A stretch of DNA of 64,000 bases from positions 47,465-111,464 of the forward strand of contig JAHPZI010000007.1 in NCBI GenBank assembly GCA_019058295.1, given 5' to 3'. The position numbers and the translations under genes are program-made. The notes below the pieces were generated by a model. It made no database searches and was not told the DNA's origin. It was given only the letters and a program-made list of their open reading frames with translations. Below, piece after piece: positions 30,439-40,071 of the stretch (position 1 is the first letter of the stretch; each line of letters opens with the position of its first letter). This stretch comes from Promethearchaeota archaeon (GTDB taxonomy: Archaea; Asgardarchaeota; Lokiarchaeia; Sigyniarchaeales; SOKP01).

Positions 30439-30645
30439 CCACCTTTAAAACATTATATTTCCATCATATTTTCTTAATGACTATAATTCTATTAATTTAT
30501 TTAGATTATTGATTATAAATTGTAAATATATTTTAATTTGTTCTTATGTTCCGAATTTACCATTTTATAATTATGCTTAATAAAGAATAATTTTTTTATT
30601 TTATCAAAATATTTGCTATTTTCATTTTTAGACTTTTAAAGGTGC
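30439..30645. promoter_or_regulatory. Divergent AT-rich promoter region bounded by two SD-like GGTG motifs
   Basis: GGTGG on the minus strand at 30439-30443 and GGTGC on the plus strand at 30641-30645, each 6-7 nt before an in-frame ATT. Confidence 0.5.
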
Positions 30646-30652
30646 ATAAAAA

Positions 30653-31129
30653 ATTAAGAATCTAATAAAAGGGATTATTATCTGTAAAACTTCGGGGGAA
30701 TATTTAATGGATTTGATACTAGATTCAGATATTAATCCGATTTTATTATCCTCTTTTATTGGGGCGCTCTCACTTTTTGGAAAAAGTAAATTGGGAAAAA
30801 TAAAGGAGATTAGCATCACAGGTATAGATGTAAACATGATTATTGTCTATAAATATGATTTGATATTAACTGTGATTGTAGATACTGACTTTTTAACCCA
30901 TAATATAAGAACTGAGGCTGAAAAAGCATTAGATATGTTCTACAGCTCATATTTGGCTGAAATTAATAATGGCGTGGAAGTATCTGTATTTAATGGATTT
31001 AAAAAAATTCTATATATGCAGATTCAAGATTATCTTGAAATACTTAAAGAGAAAGAAAGAGAAAAAAAGGTTGGAGATTTTGGTTTCTTTACTGAGGCTG
31101 TTAAAAAAACGAAATATGAGCTTCAATAA
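30653..31129 (+). CDS. Longin/roadblock-like domain protein; probable ATT start
   Basis: In-frame upstream extension IKNLIKGIIICKTSGEYL supplies the longin beta1-beta2 hairpin; LLSSFIGAL helix; beta-meander; C-terminal helices. Confidence 0.7.
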   Translation: MKNLIKGIIICKTSGEYLMDLILDSDINPILLSSFIGALSLFGKSKLGKIKEISITGIDVNMIIVYKYDLILTVIVDTDFLTHNIRTEAEKALDMFYSSYLAEINNGVEVSVFNGFKKILYMQIQDYLEILKEKEREKKVGDFGFFTEAVKKTKYELQ

Positions 31130-31139
31130 ATTAAAATTT

Positions 31140-32036
31140 CTAGAAGTTTGAGGTTTTTTTTTTAAAGATAAGATCTCCAATTTTTACATTAAATATTCGT
31201 TCCATTAAATTACATTTAGCTTTTAATAAATAATAGAGATCTTTATTTGGAATATCCATTCCGTGTAGTGTTTCAAAATTTCCCTGTCCTTTCGATAATA
31301 TCATACCATTTGGATGAAAAAAATGTTCTTTAAATTCTTCCGTAGCTGTAGTTAGGTCGATTCCAGGGACAGGACTGGCTTCAATGACTTTTATTATTTT
31401 GGTAAGATTAATAAATTTGGCATCTTCCATCGTAGCATCATTTATAATAGGAATAGATCTAACCGAATACACAATCTCTATATTAGGATATAGTTCTTGA
31501 ATTATCTCAACTAATAATTTGTCAAATACGATTTCTCCTGTATTATCTCCTAGGATCAAGAGTTCTCCCTCTTCTTCATAGATTTTATTTAAGGATTTCT
31601 TAAAATCGTCATATTCATTTACTTTGAAATCATCAGAAGAGAAATTTTTGATGTCATTTATCAAATCAATCTCATGTTGTCCAGCAAAATCAACAGTATT
31701 TCCTAAGGCTGCTGCTGCTAAAGCTTCAAATAACTTATCTTCACTATTTTTTACAATTTCTTTAATCTCATCATAATATTGAAGCGCAAGCTCGTTATAT
31801 TTATCCTTTAATTTTTTATATGGATCATTAATTCCTAAATAATTTGAAATGAGTTTATAGACAAAATTTCCAACAATAGGAGCAGATATTTTATCCGTTT
31901 CGGCTTCAATAAGATATTTCATTAAATCTTTTTGAGCGTTTATGATTATTTCATTATTAATGTCTGGTTTTACCATTTTAAATGCTCTTTGTAATTGATT
32001 AAATAAACATCCAATACATTCTGGTTCAAGTTGCAT
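31140..32036 (-). CDS. DUF89/ARMT1-like damage-control phosphatase
   Basis: ECIGC, DPY, GNTVD, DNTGEIVFD, INDAT, KGQGNFE, KAKC. Confidence 0.9.
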   Translation of the reverse strand: MQLEPECIGCLFNQLQRAFKMVKPDINNEIIINAQKDLMKYLIEAETDKISAPIVGNFVYKLISNYLGINDPYKKLKDKYNELALQYYDEIKEIVKNSEDKLFEALAAAALGNTVDFAGQHEIDLINDIKNFSSDDFKVNEYDDFKKSLNKIYEEEGELLILGDNTGEIVFDKLLVEIIQELYPNIEIVYSVRSIPIINDATMEDAKFINLTKIIKVIEASPVPGIDLTTATEEFKEHFFHPNGMILSKGQGNFETLHGMDIPNKDLYYLLKAKCNLMERIFNVKIGDLIFKKKTSNF

Positions 32037-32153
32037 AATTTTTACCTTAATTTCCTATTATACTTAAGAAAAAAGAAGAGTAATTTTAAATTCTTTTAAA
32101 ACAAAATAATCAAAATCAATGGAAAAAAGTGAATATATAGAAGATTATTAATA

Positions 32154-33590
32154 TTAATTTCCTTGTAATAAAGAATAAGGAGAATCTGTTTTATTTTCAG
32201 AAAGTTCTATGATATATTCTTTATTTAATTTCTTCCATCTTCTCATACCAATTCGCATTCCTATATTTCGGCCAAAATCATTGAACATTTTATTTATTCG
32301 ATATTTAAAAGTACGGTATTTAAAGCGAAATAAATAAACAAAATCTCGGCAGAACTGTCGGAAGATTTTCCACCAGCCAAATACTTTTTTGTATGCTCTT
32401 AATATGCCGTCCATTACATCTTTAACGGACATATTCTTTGGTTTCACATTTACATGAAAACCATCATAATGATCCCAATTAGTAGTAACAATGCGGGATT
32501 CACCAATTGATTTATAATATTGAGTACCTGGAAAGGGAGTAATAGCAAGAAATTGGGCAAATTCCATCAAATTTTTACGACAAAATTTTATAGTATTCTT
32601 AAAAACTTCAGGATTATCTTCATCTGAACCAAAAATAAACATTCCATGAACAGAAATTCCATATCTTTGGAAGACCTTTACAGCTTGTAGTACTTCATCT
32701 GCTGTTTCGTTTTTATTTAAATCCTTAAGAGTAGCATCATTTATAGATTCAAAACCTATAAATACTCTCCTGCAGCCAGCTTCTGCCATTTTTTTAACGA
32801 ATTGTTCATCATTTGCCAGATCAGCTCTAACCTGAGTAATCCATTTAAATTTTAATTTTTCTTCCTTTATTCTTTCCAAAAGTTCAAGACTAATTCTCTT
32901 TTTAGCACAGAAATTATCGTCATAGAAAAAGATTTTTTTCTTCCTAAAAAATTTAAGTTGTTGCTTTATTTCTTCAATTGTCCTTTCAGGAGTTTGGATT
33001 CTATATTTTCGACCATAAACAAGTGTTACACAACAAAATGTGCAATTAAATGGACACCCGAGTGAAGTCATAATTGGAATAATTCTGGATTTCTTGGCAT
33101 TTATCATTAGAGAAAAATCTGGAATAGGTCGTTGGTCTAAATTTTCTAGTGGAGTACCATATACAATTTTATCACTTAAATTTCCCTCTATTAAATCTAT
33201 TATAATGTTGTCTCCTTCCCCAACAGCAACTTGATCTGCGTATTGACTTGGTTCCTCGGGATTAAGTGATGCATGAATTCCCCCAATAATTATTCTCCCA
33301 TCAGGCCGGATTTCTCTATATTTTTTAGCGATTTCATATCCTCGAAAAGCTGAATTAGTTAATAAAGTTAATATAAGAATATCAGTTGCAGGAAGATAAT
33401 TTTCAATTTTATCTGATTTATCTAAAAGATTCTCTTTTATGACTAATACGTCGTATCCAGCTTGATGAAGCTTAGTTGCTAAATGTATAGGTCCTAACAA
33501 TGGAAGTTTCATAGCAAATGTAAAAACATTCGCTTTTGATCCAGAAGGTTCAACAAATAAAATCTTTTTATCTTTATTATCTGAATCCAT
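32154..33590 (-). CDS. Cobalamin-binding (class B) radical SAM protein
   Basis: IIIGGIHAS, VAVGEG, GCPFNCTFC, FYDDNF, IGFES, TPFPGT. Confidence 0.92.
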   Translation of the reverse strand: MDSDNKDKKILFVEPSGSKANVFTFAMKLPLLGPIHLATKLHQAGYDVLVIKENLLDKSDKIENYLPATDILILTLLTNSAFRGYEIAKKYREIRPDGRIIIGGIHASLNPEEPSQYADQVAVGEGDNIIIDLIEGNLSDKIVYGTPLENLDQRPIPDFSLMINAKKSRIIPIMTSLGCPFNCTFCCVTLVYGRKYRIQTPERTIEEIKQQLKFFRKKKIFFYDDNFCAKKRISLELLERIKEEKLKFKWITQVRADLANDEQFVKKMAEAGCRRVFIGFESINDATLKDLNKNETADEVLQAVKVFQRYGISVHGMFIFGSDEDNPEVFKNTIKFCRKNLMEFAQFLAITPFPGTQYYKSIGESRIVTTNWDHYDGFHVNVKPKNMSVKDVMDGILRAYKKVFGWWKIFRQFCRDFVYLFRFKYRTFKYRINKMFNDFGRNIGMRIGMRRWKKLNKEYIIELSENKTDSPYSLLQGN

Positions 33591-33628
33591 ATTAATCGAA
33601 CATATATTTTTATATTAAATTTTAAAAT

Positions 33629-34066
33629 TTATCGGTACATATCATCAGCAGATTTATCTTTTTTTTCAATTTCTTCTTTTTTTTTTACAAATTCCTTTAA
33701 TAATCTAGAACCAGTTTCATCACGTTTAAGGACAAGTTGAGTTAATAGATTTTGTTTTCTTTGAATTTCAAGCAGAGTATTAGCTATATGATTCATTAAA
33801 TCAAATTGGAGCTGACACATATTTATTTTTTCTTCTTCTCCACATTCATCGCAATGTTCAGAGCATTCTCTCCAATCTTGAAAAAATAAATCAATGTTTA
33901 TATCTTCTGGAGTAAGAAACGTTTTTTCGCATTCGGCGCAATTTTTATCAGCTTGTACTTTCAATTGTTGAACTATTTTTTTTATAGTCTGAATTAAATT
34001 CCATTTTTCACTATTCGTAAGTCCACTAAATTCCTTTTCTGTTAATTCATCTAATTCTTCAGCCAT
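33629..34066 (-). CDS. Hypothetical Cys-rich coiled-coil protein
   Basis: CAEC and CSEHCDEC...C flanked by heptad-like helices. Confidence 0.6.
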   Translation of the reverse strand: MAEELDELTEKEFSGLTNSEKWNLIQTIKKIVQQLKVQADKNCAECEKTFLTPEDINIDLFFQDWRECSEHCDECGEEEKINMCQLQFDLMNHIANTLLEIQRKQNLLTQLVLKRDETGSRLLKEFVKKKEEIEKKDKSADDMYR

Positions 34067-34398
34067 TTTTTCACAGTAAAAATTTTTTTAATCCATATTT
34101 CTAAAATAAATTTATAATTAAAAGTTAGTATTAAATTTAAATCTATATAAAGATATTTAGATTGGATTTAACGCATTTTAACAATATTTATTTCTAACAC
34201 TAATTTTTTTTTATTTTTTCTAAATAGCCTCCATAGAATCTTATAGCGCTTAATAATAAAGAGATTCTGTCGATGAATAGAATAAGTAAAGGAAATAAAT
34301 ATCATCATTTTTAGATGAAGAAATCGAAAAACAAAAGCTTAAATCTACTTAATTTATCTTTTTAGAAACAAAAATAATTATAAGAATAACTAATTAAT

Positions 34399-36825
34399 AT
34401 GGAACTAATTTCAAAATTATTAAGTCTTTCAGATGAAGCGGTTGCTATATATTTAAAATGTTTGGGGAAAAATCCATTAACTTATAAAGAGATTCGCTCT
34501 TTTAACCTTGATTTATCTGATGCTAAGTTTGAAGAAATTATCAATGAACTTATTGATAATAAATTTTTCTTAAATAAAACCCCTAAAAACTCTCAAATTC
34601 TTGCTCATTATATAGCAATGCCTCCATTCTTTCTTATTAATAATATGATTACTCAAATAAAAAACGATTTAACAGAGAGGTATGAAACTAAACAAGAAAG
34701 CGATTCTAAAGTATTTATTGATTTTATAAAAAAATCCGAGGAAGAAATAAAAAAAATAATTACTTCTGAATTATCTGATATTGCTATTACACTTATCCAG
34801 CTTAAAAGTGAACTAGACGAAAAAATTAATGCTATTGGCATTGAAGATAGCCAATGGGTCATGCTAAGTAATTACATCAAGGATATATTAGCTCTAAAAA
34901 CTCATAATAAAGCTCAAGATATAATTAATAGAATTTCGGAGAAATTTAAAGAGTTTGGTAATATTACTAATATTCAACAATCCATTTCTCAAGATGATAA
35001 TCTTTTTTCAAATATACAATTTATAGAAGATTTTATACAAATAATTTTAAACTATTACTCAGAATTAAATTTTTTTATTTTTGATAAATTTTGGCCTATT
35101 AGCAGTAAAGCAAAAATTTGTGAAGAAATTTCGATTTTATTGTCGAACTCGAAGGAAAAAGCTCTAATAATAATTCCTGAAATAAAAGATTATATTGTAT
35201 TAGAGGAATTAAATAAATTTGCTGCTAATTTGAAAATAACCTTAATTTCCTCAGAATCTCATAATAATCCCTTAATTAAAAAAGTTAAAGAAATAGATAA
35301 TATCGAGTATTTGAGATTAAAAAATAATAATTTCATTGGGCTTAATAAAGATAATGACTCTTATATTGTAATTGGTATATCTCAAGAAAATGAAGATGAT
35401 TCGCTAAAAAATGTTATCGGATTTGGAACTACTTATAAGCCATTAATTGATCAAATAGCTCCAATATTCTTAGAAAGACTAAAGGAAGCAAAACCTTCCA
35501 ATGAAAAACAAATAACAGATGGATTTAATAAGATTTTACAAAATATAAATGAAATTAAGGGCAAAAAGATTAGCAAGATATTACGAGAAATTTTGAATGC
35601 TGCAGAAGAAATGGAAGGAAATTCTTTGAATATCTTAGAGATTAAATTGTTAATAAACAAATTACAGACAATAAATCAGCCTTTAGATAAAGAGACGAAA
35701 AGTCAAATAATTGAAAAGATTAATAAATTAAATGATATAATTTCAAAATTAAAATTAAATCCGCCCCCAGAATTAACATCTCAGCCTCCTCCAAAAACAG
35801 AAATGTTAGAGAATATTTCTAAGGTTGATCTCGAATCAATTACAACCGAAGAGTTTGAAAATTTATTTAATCTTTTTTTGGAAAAATTTAATAATTTTAA
35901 TGGAACAACGATAAGTAATCAAATTGAAAGTCTTATAGATTTGAGTTTAGAGTATCAAGGATATTCTACTATTATTAATTGGAAAAATCAGCTCAAATCA
36001 ATTAATACTGTTTTAGAAGAACCTTTTAAAGAAAAATTAAAGGAAGATTTTATTAAATGGAAAAACAACCTCATAAAGCCTAAAAGTTCTGAAATTTCTA
36101 TTCAAAAACAAATGTCTGAACCATCAATTACTAAACCTATTGCCTCGAGTCAAAATAATGTAGTTGTAGGTAAAGAAGAATATTATAGTCCAGCACTAGC
36201 AGAAAACACTGAATCGGCAGCTGTTGTCACTGAAGAAGAAACGAAAATAGATGGTAGTATTGTTGAGAGATTTAATAGAATTAATCAAAATTTAAACAAT
36301 TTTAGTGGATTAGAAATCAGTAAAGAAATGCAATATATTATGGATATTATTCTTGAGACAATAGGTTATTCAATGGATTTAAAAGATATGAAACAATGGA
36401 ATAGTAGGCTTAAAAAATTTATAAAACCCTTAGATGATGAAATAAAGAATCAGTTTTTACCTGAATTTAATAAATGGAGGAGTAAATACTCAAAGAAGAT
36501 GTCTGAGCCAGAGTTATTAGACCATACTCCCTCATTTACAATTACAGAAGAACTCTCTGAAGATACTGGAGAAGAACAAAGCAAAGGATTAAAAGGGCAG
36601 TTTGATGATTTGATCCAAAAGGTTAATACACTTAATGGAGTTGAACTTAGCAAAGTATTTCTAAATCTTATAGATACTTTACTTGAAACTAAAGGATATT
36701 CTATGGCCTTAAAAGATATGAGGCAATGGTTGAATAAAATTAAGTCAATAAAGACCCCATTAGAAGAAGAACTTAAAATTCAATTACTCAATGAATTAGA
36801 AAAGTGGAAAGCTCAATTTAGTTAA
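34399..36825 (+). CDS. Multi-domain protein: TrmB-like winged HTH, coiled region, PLD-like/TrmB effector domain, four ~70-aa helical repeats
   Basis: LSLSDEAVAIYLKCL..PLTYKEI; ISILLSNSKEKALIIIP; repeats F..I...N...G..IS...ET.GYS...W...PL...K...KW. Confidence 0.6.
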   Translation: MELISKLLSLSDEAVAIYLKCLGKNPLTYKEIRSFNLDLSDAKFEEIINELIDNKFFLNKTPKNSQILAHYIAMPPFFLINNMITQIKNDLTERYETKQESDSKVFIDFIKKSEEEIKKIITSELSDIAITLIQLKSELDEKINAIGIEDSQWVMLSNYIKDILALKTHNKAQDIINRISEKFKEFGNITNIQQSISQDDNLFSNIQFIEDFIQIILNYYSELNFFIFDKFWPISSKAKICEEISILLSNSKEKALIIIPEIKDYIVLEELNKFAANLKITLISSESHNNPLIKKVKEIDNIEYLRLKNNNFIGLNKDNDSYIVIGISQENEDDSLKNVIGFGTTYKPLIDQIAPIFLERLKEAKPSNEKQITDGFNKILQNINEIKGKKISKILREILNAAEEMEGNSLNILEIKLLINKLQTINQPLDKETKSQIIEKINKLNDIISKLKLNPPPELTSQPPPKTEMLENISKVDLESITTEEFENLFNLFLEKFNNFNGTTISNQIESLIDLSLEYQGYSTIINWKNQLKSINTVLEEPFKEKLKEDFIKWKNNLIKPKSSEISIQKQMSEPSITKPIASSQNNVVVGKEEYYSPALAENTESAAVVTEEETKIDGSIVERFNRINQNLNNFSGLEISKEMQYIMDIILETIGYSMDLKDMKQWNSRLKKFIKPLDDEIKNQFLPEFNKWRSKYSKKMSEPELLDHTPSFTITEELSEDTGEEQSKGLKGQFDDLIQKVNTLNGVELSKVFLNLIDTLLETKGYSMALKDMRQWLNKIKSIKTPLEEELKIQLLNELEKWKAQFS

Positions 36826-37004
36826 TAATTTTACAACTTTAAAAATTAATTTTTTAAGAAATATAAATTTCGTGAAACTACTGTTCAATCATGGAATTCA
36901 TGAATAATTCATTCATAGAGTTCAAAATTTCTTATTTTTCATCTTTATAGATTATTAATTAATCTCTGAGCCTCGAAAAACTATGACTTCAAAAGGATGT
37001 AATT

Positions 37005-37202
37005 TTAAGCTGTTTTTATTAGTACTACATTTTCTATTGGAATATATATTAAATTGTTGTGTTCCTCATCATTAAATACAATAAGATGCTCTGTTACAGC
37101 TTCGATCTTTCCTAATTGAATACAATGTGGATCAGGCAAATCTTTTATATAAAGCCTTAGTTTTTTCCCTTTTAATTCTTCAAGTGTAGATCGAGGAATC
37201 AT
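37005..37202 (-). CDS. Small Sm/Lsm-like beta-barrel protein
   Basis: 65 aa: helix LEELKGKKLRL, G-x-I strand, IYIPIENVVLI end, matching the Sm/Hfq-like pattern. Confidence 0.55.
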   Translation of the reverse strand: MIPRSTLEELKGKKLRLYIKDLPDPHCIQLGKIEAVTEHLIVFNDEEHNNLIYIPIENVVLIKTA

Positions 37203-37379
37203 AATAGTTCAATATGTTGTATTTTATAAAAAATCATTCAATTGTAGCATGATAGTTATCAATATCTTCTTCATTAATCCCTAAAAAATCCATTAAAAGA
37301 TAATAGAAATAAATATAATAAAATGTTATTTACATCTGTTATTCAAATATTAAAAAATATATGTATAAATAGATTATAT

Positions 37380-38822
37380 ATGAGAATTGAAGTCCTTACA
37401 AAACAACAAATCGAAATAATTCATAATAAATCTCTTGAGATTTTAGAAAAAATTGGAGTACATGTTCCTCATGATGATGTAGTTTCCTTATTTGTTGAGA
37501 ATGGAGCAGATGTTGATCTTAAGACAAAAATTGTAAAAATTCCTTCTGAATTAGTAATTGAACTTATGTCAAAAGCGGGAAAAACATTTACGATCTATGG
37601 TCGTGATCTCTCTAAAAAGGCAGAATTTGGGACTGGTAAAAGAAATTATAATACATCCTCTGGTCAAGCGTTTTGGGTTGAAAATCCTGGTGAAGAACGC
37701 AGGCATACTACTCTTAATGATGTTAAAACAGCGGTTAGATTTGCTGACGCGTTAGATCAAATAAATATTCCTGGGGCAATGTCAGATCCTCTTGAGATCC
37801 CCGTGGAGTGGCGATGTGTAGCAGTAGCGGCTGAAATGATTAAAAATACAGAGAAGCCAATTAATTTTTGGTTCTATGATAGAAATTCTGCGAAATATTT
37901 AGTTGACCTCGTCATAGCTCTCAGAGGTGACGAAAAAAAAGCTGAAAAATATCCTATGTTCTATCACGCTCTCGAACCTATAAGTCCTCTAAGCTTTCCT
38001 TTTAATGGGATTGATCTTTTATTTGAAACTGCTCGTTTAAACATGCCTGTTCATCTCAGCCCTATGGTCCAAATGGGCATTTCTGGTCCCGGAACTATTG
38101 CTGGAACGATAATTCAAGAAAATGCCGAAGTAATTGCCGCTATTTGCATAACTCAACTTATTAAGGAAGGAATGCCAATTTGCTATGGAGGAATTTGCCA
38201 TGCATTTGATATGAGAACTGCTCAAATCATTTTTGGCGGTCCTGAACAAGCAATTTTTAGTATCGCCATGACTCAGATGGGTAAATATTATGGATTTCCT
38301 ATTTATATTAATGCAGGATTAACTGATTCTAAAGTATCTGATGCTCAAGCGGGTCTCGAATGTGGTATAACATTATCACTCGGCTTATTAACAGGCGCAG
38401 ATATTTTTGGACATATGGGAATTTGCGGGATGGATCAAGGGGCTTCATTAGATATGCTTGTTTTACAATCAGAAATTATATCCTATATTGAAAGTGTCAA
38501 TAGAGAAATTATTTTTGATGATAACACATTTGCTCTAGATATTATTGCTCAAACAGGCCCACAAGGGTCATATTTGAAAAATCGTCATACTGCAAAAAAT
38601 ATTCGAAAAGAATTATGGTTTCCAGAAATATTTAACAGAGAAAGTTATGAAAAATGGAAAAAAAATGGAGCTCTAGACATAGCAGAACATTGTCGTAATG
38701 TTAAAAAGCAAATAATAACCAATCACATCCCAAATCCTATAGCAAATGATATAGCAAATGATATTGATACCATAGTTAACTCAGCAAGAAAAACTCTAAC
38801 TTCAGAGTCAAAATCAATATAA
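37380..38822 (+). CDS. MttB-superfamily methyltransferase, non-pyrrolysine type
   Basis: IHNKSLEILEKIGV, ISPL, PGTIAG, ENAE, DMRT, AGLTDSKVSDAQAG (Leu at the region of the Pyl site), GPQGSYL. Confidence 0.9.
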   Translation: MRIEVLTKQQIEIIHNKSLEILEKIGVHVPHDDVVSLFVENGADVDLKTKIVKIPSELVIELMSKAGKTFTIYGRDLSKKAEFGTGKRNYNTSSGQAFWVENPGEERRHTTLNDVKTAVRFADALDQINIPGAMSDPLEIPVEWRCVAVAAEMIKNTEKPINFWFYDRNSAKYLVDLVIALRGDEKKAEKYPMFYHALEPISPLSFPFNGIDLLFETARLNMPVHLSPMVQMGISGPGTIAGTIIQENAEVIAAICITQLIKEGMPICYGGICHAFDMRTAQIIFGGPEQAIFSIAMTQMGKYYGFPIYINAGLTDSKVSDAQAGLECGITLSLGLLTGADIFGHMGICGMDQGASLDMLVLQSEIISYIESVNREIIFDDNTFALDIIAQTGPQGSYLKNRHTAKNIRKELWFPEIFNRESYEKWKKNGALDIAEHCRNVKKQIITNHIPNPIANDIANDIDTIVNSARKTLTSESKSI

Positions 38823-38837
38823 TCATATAAACTATTG

Positions 38838-40052
38838 TTAGATTTTTTCTATAATCGTAGCAACACCTTGTCCGCCCCCTACGCATGCCGTAGCAAGCCC
38901 GATTTTTCCCCCTTCTATCTGTAAAATTCGAGCAAGTGTTCCCACTAACCTTACGCCTGTCGTCCCCAAAGGATGTCCAAGAGCAATTGCCCCTCCCTTC
39001 ACATTTACTTTTTCATCGGGAATTTTTAAGATTTTTATAGCATATAGAGGTACGATTGCAAAGGCTTCGTTAATTTCCCAAAAATCTATATCCTCAACGT
39101 TTAATCCCGCTTGGTTAAGTGCTTTCTTACTTGCAGGTACTGGACCTTGTCCCATGACTCCTGGATTTACACCTGCCCAGCCCATTGATCTAATTTTTGC
39201 CATAGGTTTTATTCCCAACTCCTCTGCTCGGTTTTTTGACATTAGCACGGCACACCCCGCTCCAGCATTTAAAGGGGAACTATTCCCTGCTGTTATTTGA
39301 GCTTCTTTATTAATACCCGTTGATACAACACGGAGCTTACCCATTACTTCCAATGTAGATCCTCCACGCATTGACTGGTCATATTTAATTATCTTTTTAC
39401 TGCCATCTGGTAGGGTACCTTCAACTGGAAGAATCTCCTTATCAAAAAATCCCTCATCTCTTGCTTGAATGGCTCTTTCATGAGATCTTAAACTCCAAAG
39501 ATCCATTTTTTCACGTGTGATATCTGGATTTTGCTCCCATAATTGTTGAGCTGTCTGAAGCATTGAATATCCGGTTGTTAAATCATATTTCGCATGATTT
39601 GGAAATTTTTGATTATCCCCTAATTCAGTATGACGCATTGTTAAATCAGTTCCACGAGGGATCCTTGTCATATGCTCCATTCCACATGCAAGTACGATTT
39701 CGGAATTGCCGGTCATTATTTCCATTGCTCCTATATGAACACTCGACATGCTAGATCCACATTGCCGGTCTATACCCATGGCAGCAACAGTAATAGGGAG
39801 TTCACCTAAAAATACTGGATGCCTTCCTCCATAGAGAAAGTTTTCTTTTACCTGGTTAGCACAACCAGTTATAATCTCATCAATATCGGAGGAATCAAAC
39901 TTAGCTCTCGATATAATTTCTTTTATTACTAGAGATAACAACATATCAGCAGGAATATTATGGAATACATCTCTTTCGGGTTGATTGGGTCGACTTCGAG
40001 ATAAGGGACTCCGTAAATAATCTACAATAACAACTTCTTTTAATTCTGGCAT
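38838..40052 (-). CDS. Acetyl-CoA C-acyltransferase (3-ketoacyl-CoA thiolase)
   Basis: RQCGSS, EINEAF, GHPLG, CVGGGQG. Confidence 0.95.
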   Translation of the reverse strand: MPELKEVVIVDYLRSPLSRSRPNQPERDVFHNIPADMLLSLVIKEIISRAKFDSSDIDEIITGCANQVKENFLYGGRHPVFLGELPITVAAMGIDRQCGSSMSSVHIGAMEIMTGNSEIVLACGMEHMTRIPRGTDLTMRHTELGDNQKFPNHAKYDLTTGYSMLQTAQQLWEQNPDITREKMDLWSLRSHERAIQARDEGFFDKEILPVEGTLPDGSKKIIKYDQSMRGGSTLEVMGKLRVVSTGINKEAQITAGNSSPLNAGAGCAVLMSKNRAEELGIKPMAKIRSMGWAGVNPGVMGQGPVPASKKALNQAGLNVEDIDFWEINEAFAIVPLYAIKILKIPDEKVNVKGGAIALGHPLGTTGVRLVGTLARILQIEGGKIGLATACVGGGQGVATIIEKI

Positions 40053-40071
40053 TTTTCCTCACTCAGATAAT

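Noticed and set aside
34234-34270. Intergenic hairpin AGAATCT...AGATTCT
   Set aside because: Short AT-rich stem with no recognisable RNA family or second copy.
38739-38762. 12-nt tandem duplication (IAND-IAND) in the MttB-like gene
   Set aside because: Small in-frame slippage near the C-terminus; no evidence of function.
37380-38822. Pyrrolysine-containing MttB
   Set aside because: No in-frame TAG; the ORF is continuous.
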